From Candidatus Latescibacterota bacterium (lineage in GTDB: Bacteria > Latescibacterota > UBA2968 > GCA-2709665): a DNA stretch of 64,000 nt. Each line of letters starts with the position of its first letter. The stretch's first letter is position 1. This document shows, piece after piece, positions 9,211 through 18,296 of the stretch. Under the pieces are notes generated by a model that was not told where the DNA came from, made no database searches, and worked only from the letters and a program-made list of their open reading frames with translations. The stretch is taken from assembly GCA_965219995.1 (NCBI GenBank), contig CBDCOX010000002.1, positions 416,001-480,000 on the forward strand, in the 5' to 3' direction. The translations under genes were made by a program, and so were the position numbers.

Positions 9211-10215
9211 TCAGACGGCTCCCGCCTGCCCCCCTCGGTCTTCCGGGGTTGCCACGGAGAAGACCTGTTCGATGACCTCCTCGATGGGCGGATCCTCGAC
9301 CGTCAGGTCGAGTACGGGCAGATCACCCAGAATCCTTGCCGTTACCTGTGGGGTGGCCTCTTTGGGTACGCGCAGGGAATAACGCAAGCCGGCGGCTTCA
9401 ACCACTTCTCCGTACGGAGTCAGGTCGGCGTCTTCGGTCTCGAGTTCGACGTCGATGGTCTTGTGCGGGGAGAAACGGGCGACCAGGTCGGAAAGCGCGC
9501 CATCGAAGAGAATCCGACCGTGGTGGATGACTACGACACGCCTGCAGAGGGCTTCGACGTCGGCCATGTAATGGCTGGTGAGCAGCACCGTCGCACCGTG
9601 CGCCCGGTTGTAGTTGTCGACGAAGCTCCGGATGCGGCGCTGCATGGTCACGTCGAGACCGATTGTGGGTTCATCCAGGAAGAGCACCTTCGGGCGATGC
9701 AGGAGGGCGGCCGCGATCTCGCATTTCATCCGTTCTCCCAGCGACAGGTTTCTGACCGGTTTTGGCAGAAGCGACTCCAGCTCGAGCAACTCCGTCAATT
9801 CATCGAGCGTCTCGCTGTAGTCCCTACGGGAGATCCGATAGACCGCTCGATTGCGTTCCAGCGAGTCGATCATCGGGATGTCCCAGATCAGCTGGTTTCG
9901 CTGTCCCATCACGAGCGTAATCTGGCTGAGGAACGCCTTCTCGCGCCGGTGAGGGACATGACCCAGGACGTCGGCCGTGCCGCCGGTGGGGTAGAGCAAC
10001 CCCGAGAGCATTTTGAGGGTGGTGGTCTTTCCCGCCCCGTTCGGACCGAGAAACCCGACGACCTCGCCCGGTTCGACGCTGAAGGAGATCGCCTCAACGG
10101 CCTTGACCACCCTCGTCTTTCGTCTGACGAGGCTTTTCGCCGCGGCGCGCAGTCCGGCCTCGCGTTCGGGCACGACGTAGTGCTTGGACAGGCCCTCTAC
10201 CGTGATGACGTGCAT
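9211..10215 (-). CDS. ABC transporter ATP-binding protein
   Basis: Walker A GPNGAGKTT, signature LSLGE, Walker B LFLDEPT, TSH. Confidence 0.95.
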   Translation of the reverse strand: MHVITVEGLSKHYVVPEREAGLRAAAKSLVRRKTRVVKAVEAISFSVEPGEVVGFLGPNGAGKTTTLKMLSGLLYPTGGTADVLGHVPHRREKAFLSQITLVMGQRNQLIWDIPMIDSLERNRAVYRISRRDYSETLDELTELLELESLLPKPVRNLSLGERMKCEIAAALLHRPKVLFLDEPTIGLDVTMQRRIRSFVDNYNRAHGATVLLTSHYMADVEALCRRVVVIHHGRILFDGALSDLVARFSPHKTIDVELETEDADLTPYGEVVEAAGLRYSLRVPKEATPQVTARILGDLPVLDLTVEDPPIEEVIEQVFSVATPEDRGGQAGAV

Positions 10216-10340
10216 GGGATCGTGGACGTCGGCTCCGGGGTTTCACCACTATGGACAACGGGCCGCCGGTCTGTTGTATTCGGCGGCCCTTGACAGCGAG
10301 AACGGGAGTAACCAGGCGGAACAATCCGCATTACGAACGC

Positions 10341-11573
10341 TCAGGCTTCGATCCGGTCCCTTATCACCCGCCAGTCCGATGCCGTCATGTCGTTGTAATG
10401 CCAGTAAATGAGCGTGATCAGGCCGCCCTGCTCGACCGTCTGCAGCAGGTGTTCGAGTTCGCGGCTGTCCATGCGGACACCGCCGTGATGCAGCCCCATC
10501 CAGGGCCGGATGCGGGTGACGTCGCCCAGGCGTTCCCTCATTTTGAAGATCTCGCTCAGGGCCACCTGCTCGAAGAACTCGGCTGGCAGCGCCGCGTCCA
10601 GATCGGCGAGGCGCGCGGCGCCCGGAACCCACAGTGCGAAGAGTTCGCGAACGCGGTCGAGCGCTTCCGGCTCGGTCATACCGGGATTCCACTCGCAGAA
10701 TGTCTTTCCGTAGCGGTACAGCGTGCCCTTCAGGCCGTCGATGCCGTGCTGCCAGAAATAGAGTTTAGGGCACTGAAAATCGACAATTCCCGCGAGGCGT
10801 CCGAAATTGTAGCCTGTAAGGGGCGCAAATGCGGGCAGTCGGGGTCCGCAGGCTATCTTTCGCGGAGGATCGAGCGATCGGGCGGTGTCTGCGAAAGCCC
10901 TCACGTAGTGCTCGATGCTGTCGGTCTTGAAGCGGAACCAGTCGAAGAGACCGGGGTTGGCGATCAGCGCGTCGAGACCGTCGACCAGACCGCGTTCCCG
11001 ACGGCCGGGTGGCAGGCCTCCAAGATTCCGCAGGCTGTCCTTGAGGCGTGCCTGGGCTTGCCAGACGGTATCGAAATCGTACCCCCATTCGGACGCCCTG
11101 TCGCGGCAGCAGTCACAGTCGCAGCGGAAAAGATTGCCCCGATGGTCGGGCGCGATTTCGTACCCCCACTCGGGCCCGTCCAGGATGAATCCGTCCACCC
11201 CCGGGAAGCTCCGAACCACGTCCCGCGTGCGCGCCGGACCGTACTTCAGTTTCTCAGGAGTGTTGATGCAGCCCGGGGATGACTGAAGCCAATCGTGCAG
11301 GTAAACGCCGAAGTTCCGTTCTTTCGCCTTTTCGACGGCCCGTTGCAGCGTTTCGAACCGCGGGACGTCTTCGTGCGACAACTCCGGGGGGCGCGTTTCG
11401 CATCCCTGGTACAGTTCCGGCGTGGGCGGATACGCGGGAGACGACCCGAATCTCAGGTCGCCGATCACGATGTTGGCGATGCCCGCCCCTTCCAGGCGGT
11501 CCAGGATTCTGTCGGCGCCTTCCTCTTCGAAGGCGTCGATCCGGCCGATAAACATCCATATATCGAGTGACAT
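10341..11573 (-). CDS. Hypothetical protein, possible TIM-barrel/glycoside hydrolase-like fold with cysteine cluster
   Basis: About 410-aa ORF with VDGFILDGPEWG and CDCDCC. Start placed at ATG 11573, downstream of the nadA terminator. Confidence 0.6.
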   Translation of the reverse strand: MSLDIWMFIGRIDAFEEEGADRILDRLEGAGIANIVIGDLRFGSSPAYPPTPELYQGCETRPPELSHEDVPRFETLQRAVEKAKERNFGVYLHDWLQSSPGCINTPEKLKYGPARTRDVVRSFPGVDGFILDGPEWGYEIAPDHRGNLFRCDCDCCRDRASEWGYDFDTVWQAQARLKDSLRNLGGLPPGRRERGLVDGLDALIANPGLFDWFRFKTDSIEHYVRAFADTARSLDPPRKIACGPRLPAFAPLTGYNFGRLAGIVDFQCPKLYFWQHGIDGLKGTLYRYGKTFCEWNPGMTEPEALDRVRELFALWVPGAARLADLDAALPAEFFEQVALSEIFKMRERLGDVTRIRPWMGLHHGGVRMDSRELEHLLQTVEQGGLITLIYWHYNDMTASDWRVIRDRIEA

Positions 11574-11582
11574 GGAAGGTCC

Positions 11583-11617
11583 AAACAAAAGGAGGGCGGG
11601 TATGGAACCCCGCCCCC
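11583..11617 (-). terminator. Intrinsic terminator after nadA
   Basis: Minus strand gggggcggggttccatacccgccctcc followed by ttttgttt. Confidence 0.55.
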
Positions 11618-11639
11618 GTAGCCCGGGCCGGCGGAAAAT

Positions 11640-12689
11640 TCAACCGATTTCCAGCATCCGATCCACCGCGCGTCTGGCGCGAATGCGGATTTCTTCAGGC
11701 ACTTCGATAATCTGCTCGTTGTTTTTCAGGGCGTTCAGCGTGTCTTCGAGGGTGATTTCGTTCATGTGCGGGCAGCGGATACTGCACAGCCGTACCATTT
11801 CCTTGTCGGGGTTTTCGGCCATGATATTGTCGCCCATGCTGCACTCGGTGAGCAAAAGATAACTGGATGCGTCGGTTTCCTGCACGAAATCGCTCATTTT
11901 CGACGTGCTGCTGGAGAAGTCGGAAGCGGAAACGACTTCGGGACTGCATTCCGGATGGGCGAGAACGAGCACGCCGGGAAACTGCTCCCGAACCCGGGTG
12001 ACGTCGTCGACCGTGAATTTCTCGTGCACTTCGCATCGGCCGTGCCAGCCGATCATCTCGTATTCGAGTTCCGCGCGGGGCAGATCGGGTTGTTTCCGCG
12101 AAGGGAAGATGATCCGCTTGCCGGTTTCCTGCGCCACGTTCGCCGCAAGGTATTCGTCGGGAAGAAAAATGACGGTATCGCCGCCGAGCGATTCCACGAC
12201 CCTTGCGGCGTTGCTGGACGTGCAGCAGACGTCGCATTCCGCTTTCACGTCGGCATAGGTGTTGATGTAGGTGACGATGGGGACGCCGGGGTAATCCAGT
12301 CTGAGCGTGCGGACGTCTTCGGCCGTGATACTCGCCGCGAGAGAACAGCCCGCAATCTTCGCGGGCAGGAGCACCGTCTTTTCCGGGTTGAGGATCTTTG
12401 CGGTTTCCGCCATGAATCGCACGCCGCAGAACACGATCGGATCGCAGTCGGTTTCAGCGGCTTTTCGGCTGAGTTCGAGCGAATCGCCCACCACGTCCGG
12501 CACGGTATGGAAGAGCGCCGGTTCCATGTAGTTGTGACCCAGAATGATGGCGCCACGCGCCTCCTTCAGGCGGTTGATCTCGTAGACCAGTTCGGCTTTA
12601 TACAGCAGCTCGATCTCCGGCACAAGACCACTGAGTTTGCGCTCCATCTGTTCGTAGGTATCCTGGAGCGTGTCTGCGAGAATTGCCAT
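11640..12689 (-). CDS. nadA: Quinolinate synthase A
   Basis: ILGHNY, FCGVRFMAETAKILNP, AGCSLA, CEVHE, AHPEC, CPHM (three Fe-S cysteines). Confidence 0.97.
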   Translation of the reverse strand: MAILADTLQDTYEQMERKLSGLVPEIELLYKAELVYEINRLKEARGAIILGHNYMEPALFHTVPDVVGDSLELSRKAAETDCDPIVFCGVRFMAETAKILNPEKTVLLPAKIAGCSLAASITAEDVRTLRLDYPGVPIVTYINTYADVKAECDVCCTSSNAARVVESLGGDTVIFLPDEYLAANVAQETGKRIIFPSRKQPDLPRAELEYEMIGWHGRCEVHEKFTVDDVTRVREQFPGVLVLAHPECSPEVVSASDFSSSTSKMSDFVQETDASSYLLLTECSMGDNIMAENPDKEMVRLCSIRCPHMNEITLEDTLNALKNNEQIIEVPEEIRIRARRAVDRMLEIG

Positions 12690-12725
12690 CGGAAAAGTCT
12701 CCGTGCACTTCGAAATCCGAGTTTA

Positions 12726-12763
12726 TTAGCGCTAAAGATAACCAAAGTGTTTTGTATCGGCAA
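12726..12763 (-). promoter_or_regulatory. Putative nadA promoter with adjacent palindrome
   Basis: TTGCCG (12763-12758), 17 nt, TATCTT (12740-12735); palindrome TTAGCGCTAA at 12726-12735. Confidence 0.45.
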
Positions 12764-12792
12764 GGGCATACCGCCCATGAATTTTCGTTTCG

Positions 12793-13905
12793 TTACGGAT
12801 GCGTTCCAAAGGACGTCTGCCGCCGGGCCCCTGGTCTCGTTCCGGACTCGTCTTTCAGATCCTCCTGCCGGGAACGCTTGAGAAGTTCCGCTTCCGCCGC
12901 GTGTCTCTCCGCTTCTGTCTCGAGCGCCGTTACAGTTACCCCTGGCGCCGGCATCGGCGAAAGGATCCGGCTGGCGCCGGCATTCCACAGCGCCCTGACA
13001 ACCGGTTCGGGTTCCGGTGCAAGCGCGACAATGGTGCCGCCCGCTCCGGCGCCGGCCAGTTTGGCGCCCAGGGCTCCGCCACGCAGCGCTGCCTGAATGA
13101 GGCATTCGTTCTCCGGACCGGAACCGCCGAGGTCCCGTTGGATTTCGTGGTTCTCCGCCATCAGTTCGCCCAGGGTTCGCCAGTCAGCTTCCAGAAGCGC
13201 CCGCTTACCCATCCGCGCCACGTGGGCGATGCGGAGGTAGCTGCGAACGACTTCCCGGTCGCCTTCCAGCCAGCGTTCCCGAATCGGCTGGTGCACCCCG
13301 GCGGAGTTGCGCTTTACGCCCGTGTGGGCCAGGATGAAGGGGCAATCCTCGATGAACGGCGCGAGAGGCTCTACGGTGGCGTAGGGTTCGTCTGCCAGCG
13401 CCCGGTAGAACTGCTTTTCACGGAAGTCCATAAAGTTCAGACCCCCGATCGTACACATATATGCGTCCTGGTAGCCGCACAAAACAAGGTAGTGCAACTC
13501 GATGTGGCGGGCCATTTCCGCGCGGTAGTACACGTGGACCGACCGGCCCATGTAGGCCAGCACCGCGTTGAGGATGGATACAATCAGGGCGGACGAACTT
13601 GAAAGACCGGCACGGAAGGGGACGTCGCACGCCCAGCGCAGGGAGAATCGGGCGTTCTTGAGATTGAGGTAGTCGACGACGGCCATCGCAACGTCGAAAT
13701 ATCCGCCTTCCGGTTTCAGTTCGTCCGAGGGTTGAATCACACGGCGGCAGTCCGCGACCTCGAAGCTCAGAACGTCGGCCGGCTCAATGAGTACGGCGGC
13801 GCGTTCTCTTGTGGAACAGGAGATGACGCTGCCCCCGTACATATCGGTGGGATTGCCAATGATGCCCGCCCTGCCAGGCGCCGTGCTCAGGTAAGCCCCC
13901 GGCAT
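12793..13905 (-). CDS. GHMP-family sugar kinase (glucuronokinase-like)
   Basis: APGRAGIIGNPTDMYGG, PFRAGLSSSSA ATP loop, GYQD, GAKLAGAGAGG. Confidence 0.85.
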   Translation of the reverse strand: MPGAYLSTAPGRAGIIGNPTDMYGGSVISCSTRERAAVLIEPADVLSFEVADCRRVIQPSDELKPEGGYFDVAMAVVDYLNLKNARFSLRWACDVPFRAGLSSSSALIVSILNAVLAYMGRSVHVYYRAEMARHIELHYLVLCGYQDAYMCTIGGLNFMDFREKQFYRALADEPYATVEPLAPFIEDCPFILAHTGVKRNSAGVHQPIRERWLEGDREVVRSYLRIAHVARMGKRALLEADWRTLGELMAENHEIQRDLGGSGPENECLIQAALRGGALGAKLAGAGAGGTIVALAPEPEPVVRALWNAGASRILSPMPAPGVTVTALETEAERHAAEAELLKRSRQEDLKDESGTRPGARRQTSFGTHP

Positions 13906-13907
13906 CG

Positions 13908-14813
13908 TCAGAATTCCCTCAGCTGTTTCTGAATATGCTGGCGGATGATATAACCGTGGCGCTGATCCGAGATTGCGAAGTCGATAAAGGCCTTGTAGTA
14001 GGACACAGGGTCACCGATACCATATCGAAGTTCCTCCTTTTTCAGGCGGACGCACCGCACTTTTCGTCCCATCTTGATCAGGGTGGCGATCGCGTCGGTC
14101 AACTCCAGTTTGCCGCTCGGCCCGGGAAGGGTGTGCCGGATTGCGTCGAAAATCTCAGGATGAAACACATATCGAGCGGCGACCGCAAGGCGACTGGGCG
14201 CGTCGGCCACGGCCGGCTTCTCGACGATGCCCTCGATTTCGAAGTCCGTACTGGCCCGGCTCTCGGGATTGACAATACCGTAGTTGGGCACATCCGAAGG
14301 ATCCACTTCCACAACAGCGATGGTGCAGCGGGAATCGTGGCGGAAGTGGGAACTGATCATCCTTCGGATCAACCCGGCGTGGCTGCCGGACTTCACAATG
14401 GTGTCTCCCAGCGCCACGACGAACGGATCGTCTCCCACGAAGTCCTCGGCACCGCCGATGGCGTCTCCGATTCCGGGCGGCGTATGCCGTCCCTGCGGGA
14501 TAAGCTGGCGGGTGAAGAAAAACCTCACCGCCTCCCGTCCATAGTCCACCGCGTCCAGCAGTTCCCGGTTTTCGCTTTCCGAAAGACGATTCAGCAGTTC
14601 AGGGTCCCGATCGAAGTGATCTTCCACGGACCGTTTGTCTCGCCCGGTAATGAACAGAAACCTTGTCAGGCCCTGGTCAACCATTTCTTCGACGACGTAT
14701 TGGACCACGGGTTTACACGCAACGGGAAGCATCTCCTTCGGTTGCGATTTGGTAGCAGGCAGGAGCCCGGTGCCCATCCCGGCTAACGGGATCACGACCT
14801 TTTCGATTTCCAT
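13908..14813 (-). CDS. UTP--glucose-1-phosphate uridylyltransferase-like protein (GalU/GalF family)
   Basis: VIPLAGMGTGLLPATKSQPKEMLP, EDHFD, LGD, VEKP, ELTDAI. Start at ATG 14813; the longer ORF overlaps trxA. Confidence 0.85.
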   Translation of the reverse strand: MEIEKVVIPLAGMGTGLLPATKSQPKEMLPVACKPVVQYVVEEMVDQGLTRFLFITGRDKRSVEDHFDRDPELLNRLSESENRELLDAVDYGREAVRFFFTRQLIPQGRHTPPGIGDAIGGAEDFVGDDPFVVALGDTIVKSGSHAGLIRRMISSHFRHDSRCTIAVVEVDPSDVPNYGIVNPESRASTDFEIEGIVEKPAVADAPSRLAVAARYVFHPEIFDAIRHTLPGPSGKLELTDAIATLIKMGRKVRCVRLKKEELRYGIGDPVSYYKAFIDFAISDQRHGYIIRQHIQKQLREF

Positions 14814-15063
14814 AAGACGCAACTCCGTGGGATCGTTGAATACAAAAATCAGGGCGCGCCTGCTGCGGCACACCCTGCATTCGATGTGACGATTATGGTT
14901 CGTACCGCGGCCGTCGAGTCCGGTCGTGCCGGCATGCCGACGGGGTCGAGTTCGTCCGGCGTTTGACTGCGGGTCCGATAATGGGTCGGGCTCGCGGCCG
15001 GCAGGAGCCGGGGGTACGCCGCACCCCCACGCCAGGGTCTCATCCGCACGCGTGACCGTTAAT

Positions 15064-15393
15064 TTATAATACGGCCTCGAGTTTTTCGACCAGTTGTTTC
15101 TTGGGTACCGCGCCAACGATCTGGTCGGCCAGTTCGCCGTCTTTGAATATGAGCAGCGTAGGGATGCTGCGGATCCCGTAGTCGGCGGCGATTTTCTGTT
15201 CGGAGTCGACGTCGACTTTGCCGACCTTGACCCTGCCCTCGTACTCGACGGCCAGTTCGTCCACGATGGGCGCGACCATGCGGCAGGGACCGCACCAGAC
15301 GGCCCAGAAATCCACCAGTACCGGAATGGAGGACTGTACTACTTCAGACTGAAAGCTGTCGTCGGTTATGGTTATTGCGTTTGCCAACGCCAC
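15064..15393 (-). CDS. trxA: Thioredoxin
   Basis: DFWAVWCGPC, SIPTL; TTG start. Confidence 0.97.
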   Translation of the reverse strand: MALANAITITDDSFQSEVVQSSIPVLVDFWAVWCGPCRMVAPIVDELAVEYEGRVKVGKVDVDSEQKIAADYGIRSIPTLLIFKDGELADQIVGAVPKKQLVEKLEAVL

Positions 15394-15511
15394 ACCGCCT
15401 TTCGTTAACAGGTTCGAGTAACATGGGAGCGTTCACCGTGAGACCGTCAGGCTCCGTGCCAGTGGCCGGTCGATTCGAACCGTCGACTTTCGGGGTCGTC
15501 ACGGACCGACA

Positions 15512-15540
15512 AATCTACCATGTTTTCAAGGGCGTGTCAA
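15512..15540 (-). promoter_or_regulatory. sigma70-type promoter for trxA
   Basis: TTGACA (15540-15535), 17 nt, TAGATT (15517-15512). Confidence 0.6.
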
Positions 15541-15590
15541 GAATCAGGAAACCGACCCGTGACGCTGAGGACGCACGGGTTCGCTCCGCT

Positions 15591-16619
15591 TCAGCCGGCC
15601 GGCCCGGCACAGATGCGGCAGATGAGTTGAGTAAGCGTGGCGTGAGGCGCGCGAGACCGCAACTTCAGGCGGTTGTCCGCATAAAGGAGCGCCTGGTACG
15701 CGGACCACAGGGTCTGGTCGTCGAACTGCGCGGCCTGATCGAGATAACTGGAAACAAAGAACGGAGGAACCTTCAGCTTCCCCGCCAGTTCGGACCGAGG
15801 CAAACCCTGGTTCCGAAGCCACCGGGCCTTGCGGAGAATCCCGATGTGCCGGGCGAGCATTGCCACAATTGCCACCGGATTGTCTCCGCGTTCCACAAGG
15901 CGGTGCAGAACGGCCAGGGCATCGCCCGCATTGCGTTGCCCCACGGCATCGGTGAGTTCGAAAACCGTTGCACTTCGCGCGGCGCCGCCGACCTGGATCA
16001 CGTCGTCGCGCGTGATGATTTCTCGTCCTTGCGTATAGATGGCCAGCTTCTCGAGTTCGCTGACCAGTTCCCCCGGATTCGGCCCCACGCCCAGGTGAAG
16101 CATGTGCGCAGCGTCGGGATCGATGCGTTTTTTCAGGGCAGCCGCGCGATTGCGAATCCACCTCGGGAGTTCGCTCTCGTAGGGCGGTTTGAATTCCACC
16201 GATACGGCGTTCTTTCGCAATGCGGCGGAGATCTTCTTGCGTCCGTCCAGTTTGTCCGCGGTAAATACAAGGACAGTGGTCTCAACCGGGTTGTCGACAA
16301 GGGGCAGAAACGTTCGCAGGTCGGGATCCCGCAACCGTTCCAGGCGTTTGACTACGACAACCCGACGCGACGCCATCATGGGAAAGGCGGTCGCCCGGCT
16401 GACCGCGTCGGCCGCGTCCATCTCCTCCCCGCGGAAGATGTCCAGGTTGAACGCTTTCGACGCGGGTTCGACGGCGGCGTCGACAAGGGCCCTCAGGCTT
16501 TCTTCCTTGCTGACGTTTTCAGATCCATACAACAGATACAGCGGTGCGAATTCCCCCCGCTGTATCTGCGCGTTCAGCTTATCCTGAGAATTGCCGGCTC
16601 TGGTCTTTTTCTTGGCCAC
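15591..16619 (-). CDS. holA: DNA polymerase III subunit delta
   Basis: PLYLLYGSE, FNLDIF, PMMASRRVVVVK, ELEKLAIY, VFELTDAVG. Confidence 0.92.
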   Translation of the reverse strand: MAKKKTRAGNSQDKLNAQIQRGEFAPLYLLYGSENVSKEESLRALVDAAVEPASKAFNLDIFRGEEMDAADAVSRATAFPMMASRRVVVVKRLERLRDPDLRTFLPLVDNPVETTVLVFTADKLDGRKKISAALRKNAVSVEFKPPYESELPRWIRNRAAALKKRIDPDAAHMLHLGVGPNPGELVSELEKLAIYTQGREIITRDDVIQVGGAARSATVFELTDAVGQRNAGDALAVLHRLVERGDNPVAIVAMLARHIGILRKARWLRNQGLPRSELAGKLKVPPFFVSSYLDQAAQFDDQTLWSAYQALLYADNRLKLRSRAPHATLTQLICRICAGPAG

Positions 16620-16744
16620 GGTCGTGTTGGACGGGAAAAAAGCGAAGAACCATCAGAAATGTGCCGCGCTGTTGCCCGGCGGTGTTACGCGGACAAAGAC
16701 CGGACACTAACCTCAATGTGAAAAAAGAACACCGAAAAATTGGC

Positions 16745-16771
16745 CACAAAATGCACAAAAGGCACAAGAAG
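16745..16771 (+). repeat. Three tandem 9-bp CAC(A/G)-rich units
   Basis: CACAAAATG CACAAAAGG CACAAGAAG in the intergenic region upstream of holA. Confidence 0.5.
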
Positions 16772-16967
16772 CATCCGTGCAAGGCGGCGCGTGTCATAAC
16801 GCGGTGACCCTGCTGTACTTTCTTTACCGGACCGAAATGGTCGACCGGAAGGACATTTTTTCAGTTCACGTCAAGTGACCTGAAGGATCATAGAAATCAG
16901 CAGTTAAATCGCCTTTATTCACGTGCACATATTCGAATTCACGTCCCCGAATAATGACGAATCAAGG

Positions 16968-17159
16968 CTAGCTGTCGAGGTCGCGGAATTCAGCATCCCG
17001 GATCCGTTTCTTGCCGTTGTTCCCGTATGGTTTCTTGCCCGCTGTACGGGCGTGGTCCTTTGTATTGACGCCCCATCGAAACGCGGATCGCAACACGTCC
17101 CGAAGCACACGGTAAACGAGACCCAGCAACAGGACGAAGAGGAAAATGCGCAGCATCAT
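16968..17159 (-). CDS. Small single-pass membrane protein
   Basis: N-terminal hydrophobic helix and C-terminal IRDAEFRDL; starts 12 nt after purM with a GGAG RBS. Confidence 0.65.
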   Translation of the reverse strand: MMLRIFLFVLLLGLVYRVLRDVLRSAFRWGVNTKDHARTAGKKPYGNNGKKRIRDAEFRDLDS

Positions 17160-17171
17160 TGCGTACTCCAG

Positions 17172-18212
17172 CTACAGGATTTGAACACCGGATCCCGGAT
17201 CCTTCACAACTTCCCCGACGACGTAGCCTGTCTCTCCACTCTCCGTCAACGCTTCTATCGCTTTCTGAGCCTGGCCGGAAGGCACGACAAGCAGCATGCC
17301 CAGACCCATGTTGAATACCCGAAACATCTCGTCGGTGGCGATATCGTCGCCCACCCGCTCCAAAAGGCTGAAAACGGGAAGTTCGGGCCACGATCCCCTG
17401 TAAATGCGTGCGCCAAGCCCGTCCGGAAGGGTGCGCGGCAGGTTGTCGACGATCCCTCCGCCGGTGATGTGGGCCATTCCCCGTACGGACACGGTTTCCA
17501 TAAGACGGAAGGCCGTCGACACGTAATTCCGGTGAGGCGCAAGCAGGGTTTCGCCAATGGTCGCGCCGAGTTCGGAACGGTGGGTGTCCACGGACCATCC
17601 CGCGGTGTCCAAAAACAGCTTGCGCGCCAGGGAATACCCGTTGGTGTGAAGGCCGCACGACGGCAGACCGATGAGCTTGTCGCCTGCTTGAGCCCCGGAA
17701 CCGTCCAGGATGTCTTTCCTGCTGACGACGCCGACGATCGTCCCTGCCAGGTCGTATTCGCCCTCCCGGTAAAAATCCGGCATTTCCGCCATTTCGCCGC
17801 CCAGCAGCGCGCATCCGCAGGCCTTGCATCCGTTTGCGATTCCTTCGATGACGGCCTCGGCCACGGAGGAATCGTGTTTTCCCATGGCGAGGTAGTCCAT
17901 GAAGAAGAGCGGGCGCGCGCCCTGTACAAGAATATCGTTGGCGCAGTGCGCCACAAGGTCGGCGCCGACCGTATTGTGGACACCGGTCATGAAAGCGATT
18001 CTGAGCTTCGTGCCCACGCCGTCCGTTCCGGCAACCAGGACCGGGTCCCGGTACGCCTCCCAGTGCGGAGCGAAAAGGCCGCCGAATCCACCGATGTCGG
18101 TGAGAACTTCAGGACCGAATGTCGATCGTACCAGGCCGGCGATGCCCTCTTTCGTCTGACTGGCGCTCTCGATGTCCACGCCGGCGGCGGCGTATGCGCC
18201 CGGTTTCTCCAT
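17172..18212 (-). CDS. purM: Phosphoribosylformylglycinamidine cyclo-ligase
   Basis: YAAAGVDI, GGFGGLF, TDGVGTKL, GLHTNGYSL, HITGGG, FNMG. Confidence 0.97.
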   Translation of the reverse strand: MEKPGAYAAAGVDIESASQTKEGIAGLVRSTFGPEVLTDIGGFGGLFAPHWEAYRDPVLVAGTDGVGTKLRIAFMTGVHNTVGADLVAHCANDILVQGARPLFFMDYLAMGKHDSSVAEAVIEGIANGCKACGCALLGGEMAEMPDFYREGEYDLAGTIVGVVSRKDILDGSGAQAGDKLIGLPSCGLHTNGYSLARKLFLDTAGWSVDTHRSELGATIGETLLAPHRNYVSTAFRLMETVSVRGMAHITGGGIVDNLPRTLPDGLGARIYRGSWPELPVFSLLERVGDDIATDEMFRVFNMGLGMLLVVPSGQAQKAIEALTESGETGYVVGEVVKDPGSGVQIL

Positions 18213-18296
18213 CGTCCGGTTACCGTCCGTCGTTTTCAGATTCTTCAGGGAAGTCTGACAGAATCGAATGCTGGATTTCGATTCGAGTTTGGGATG

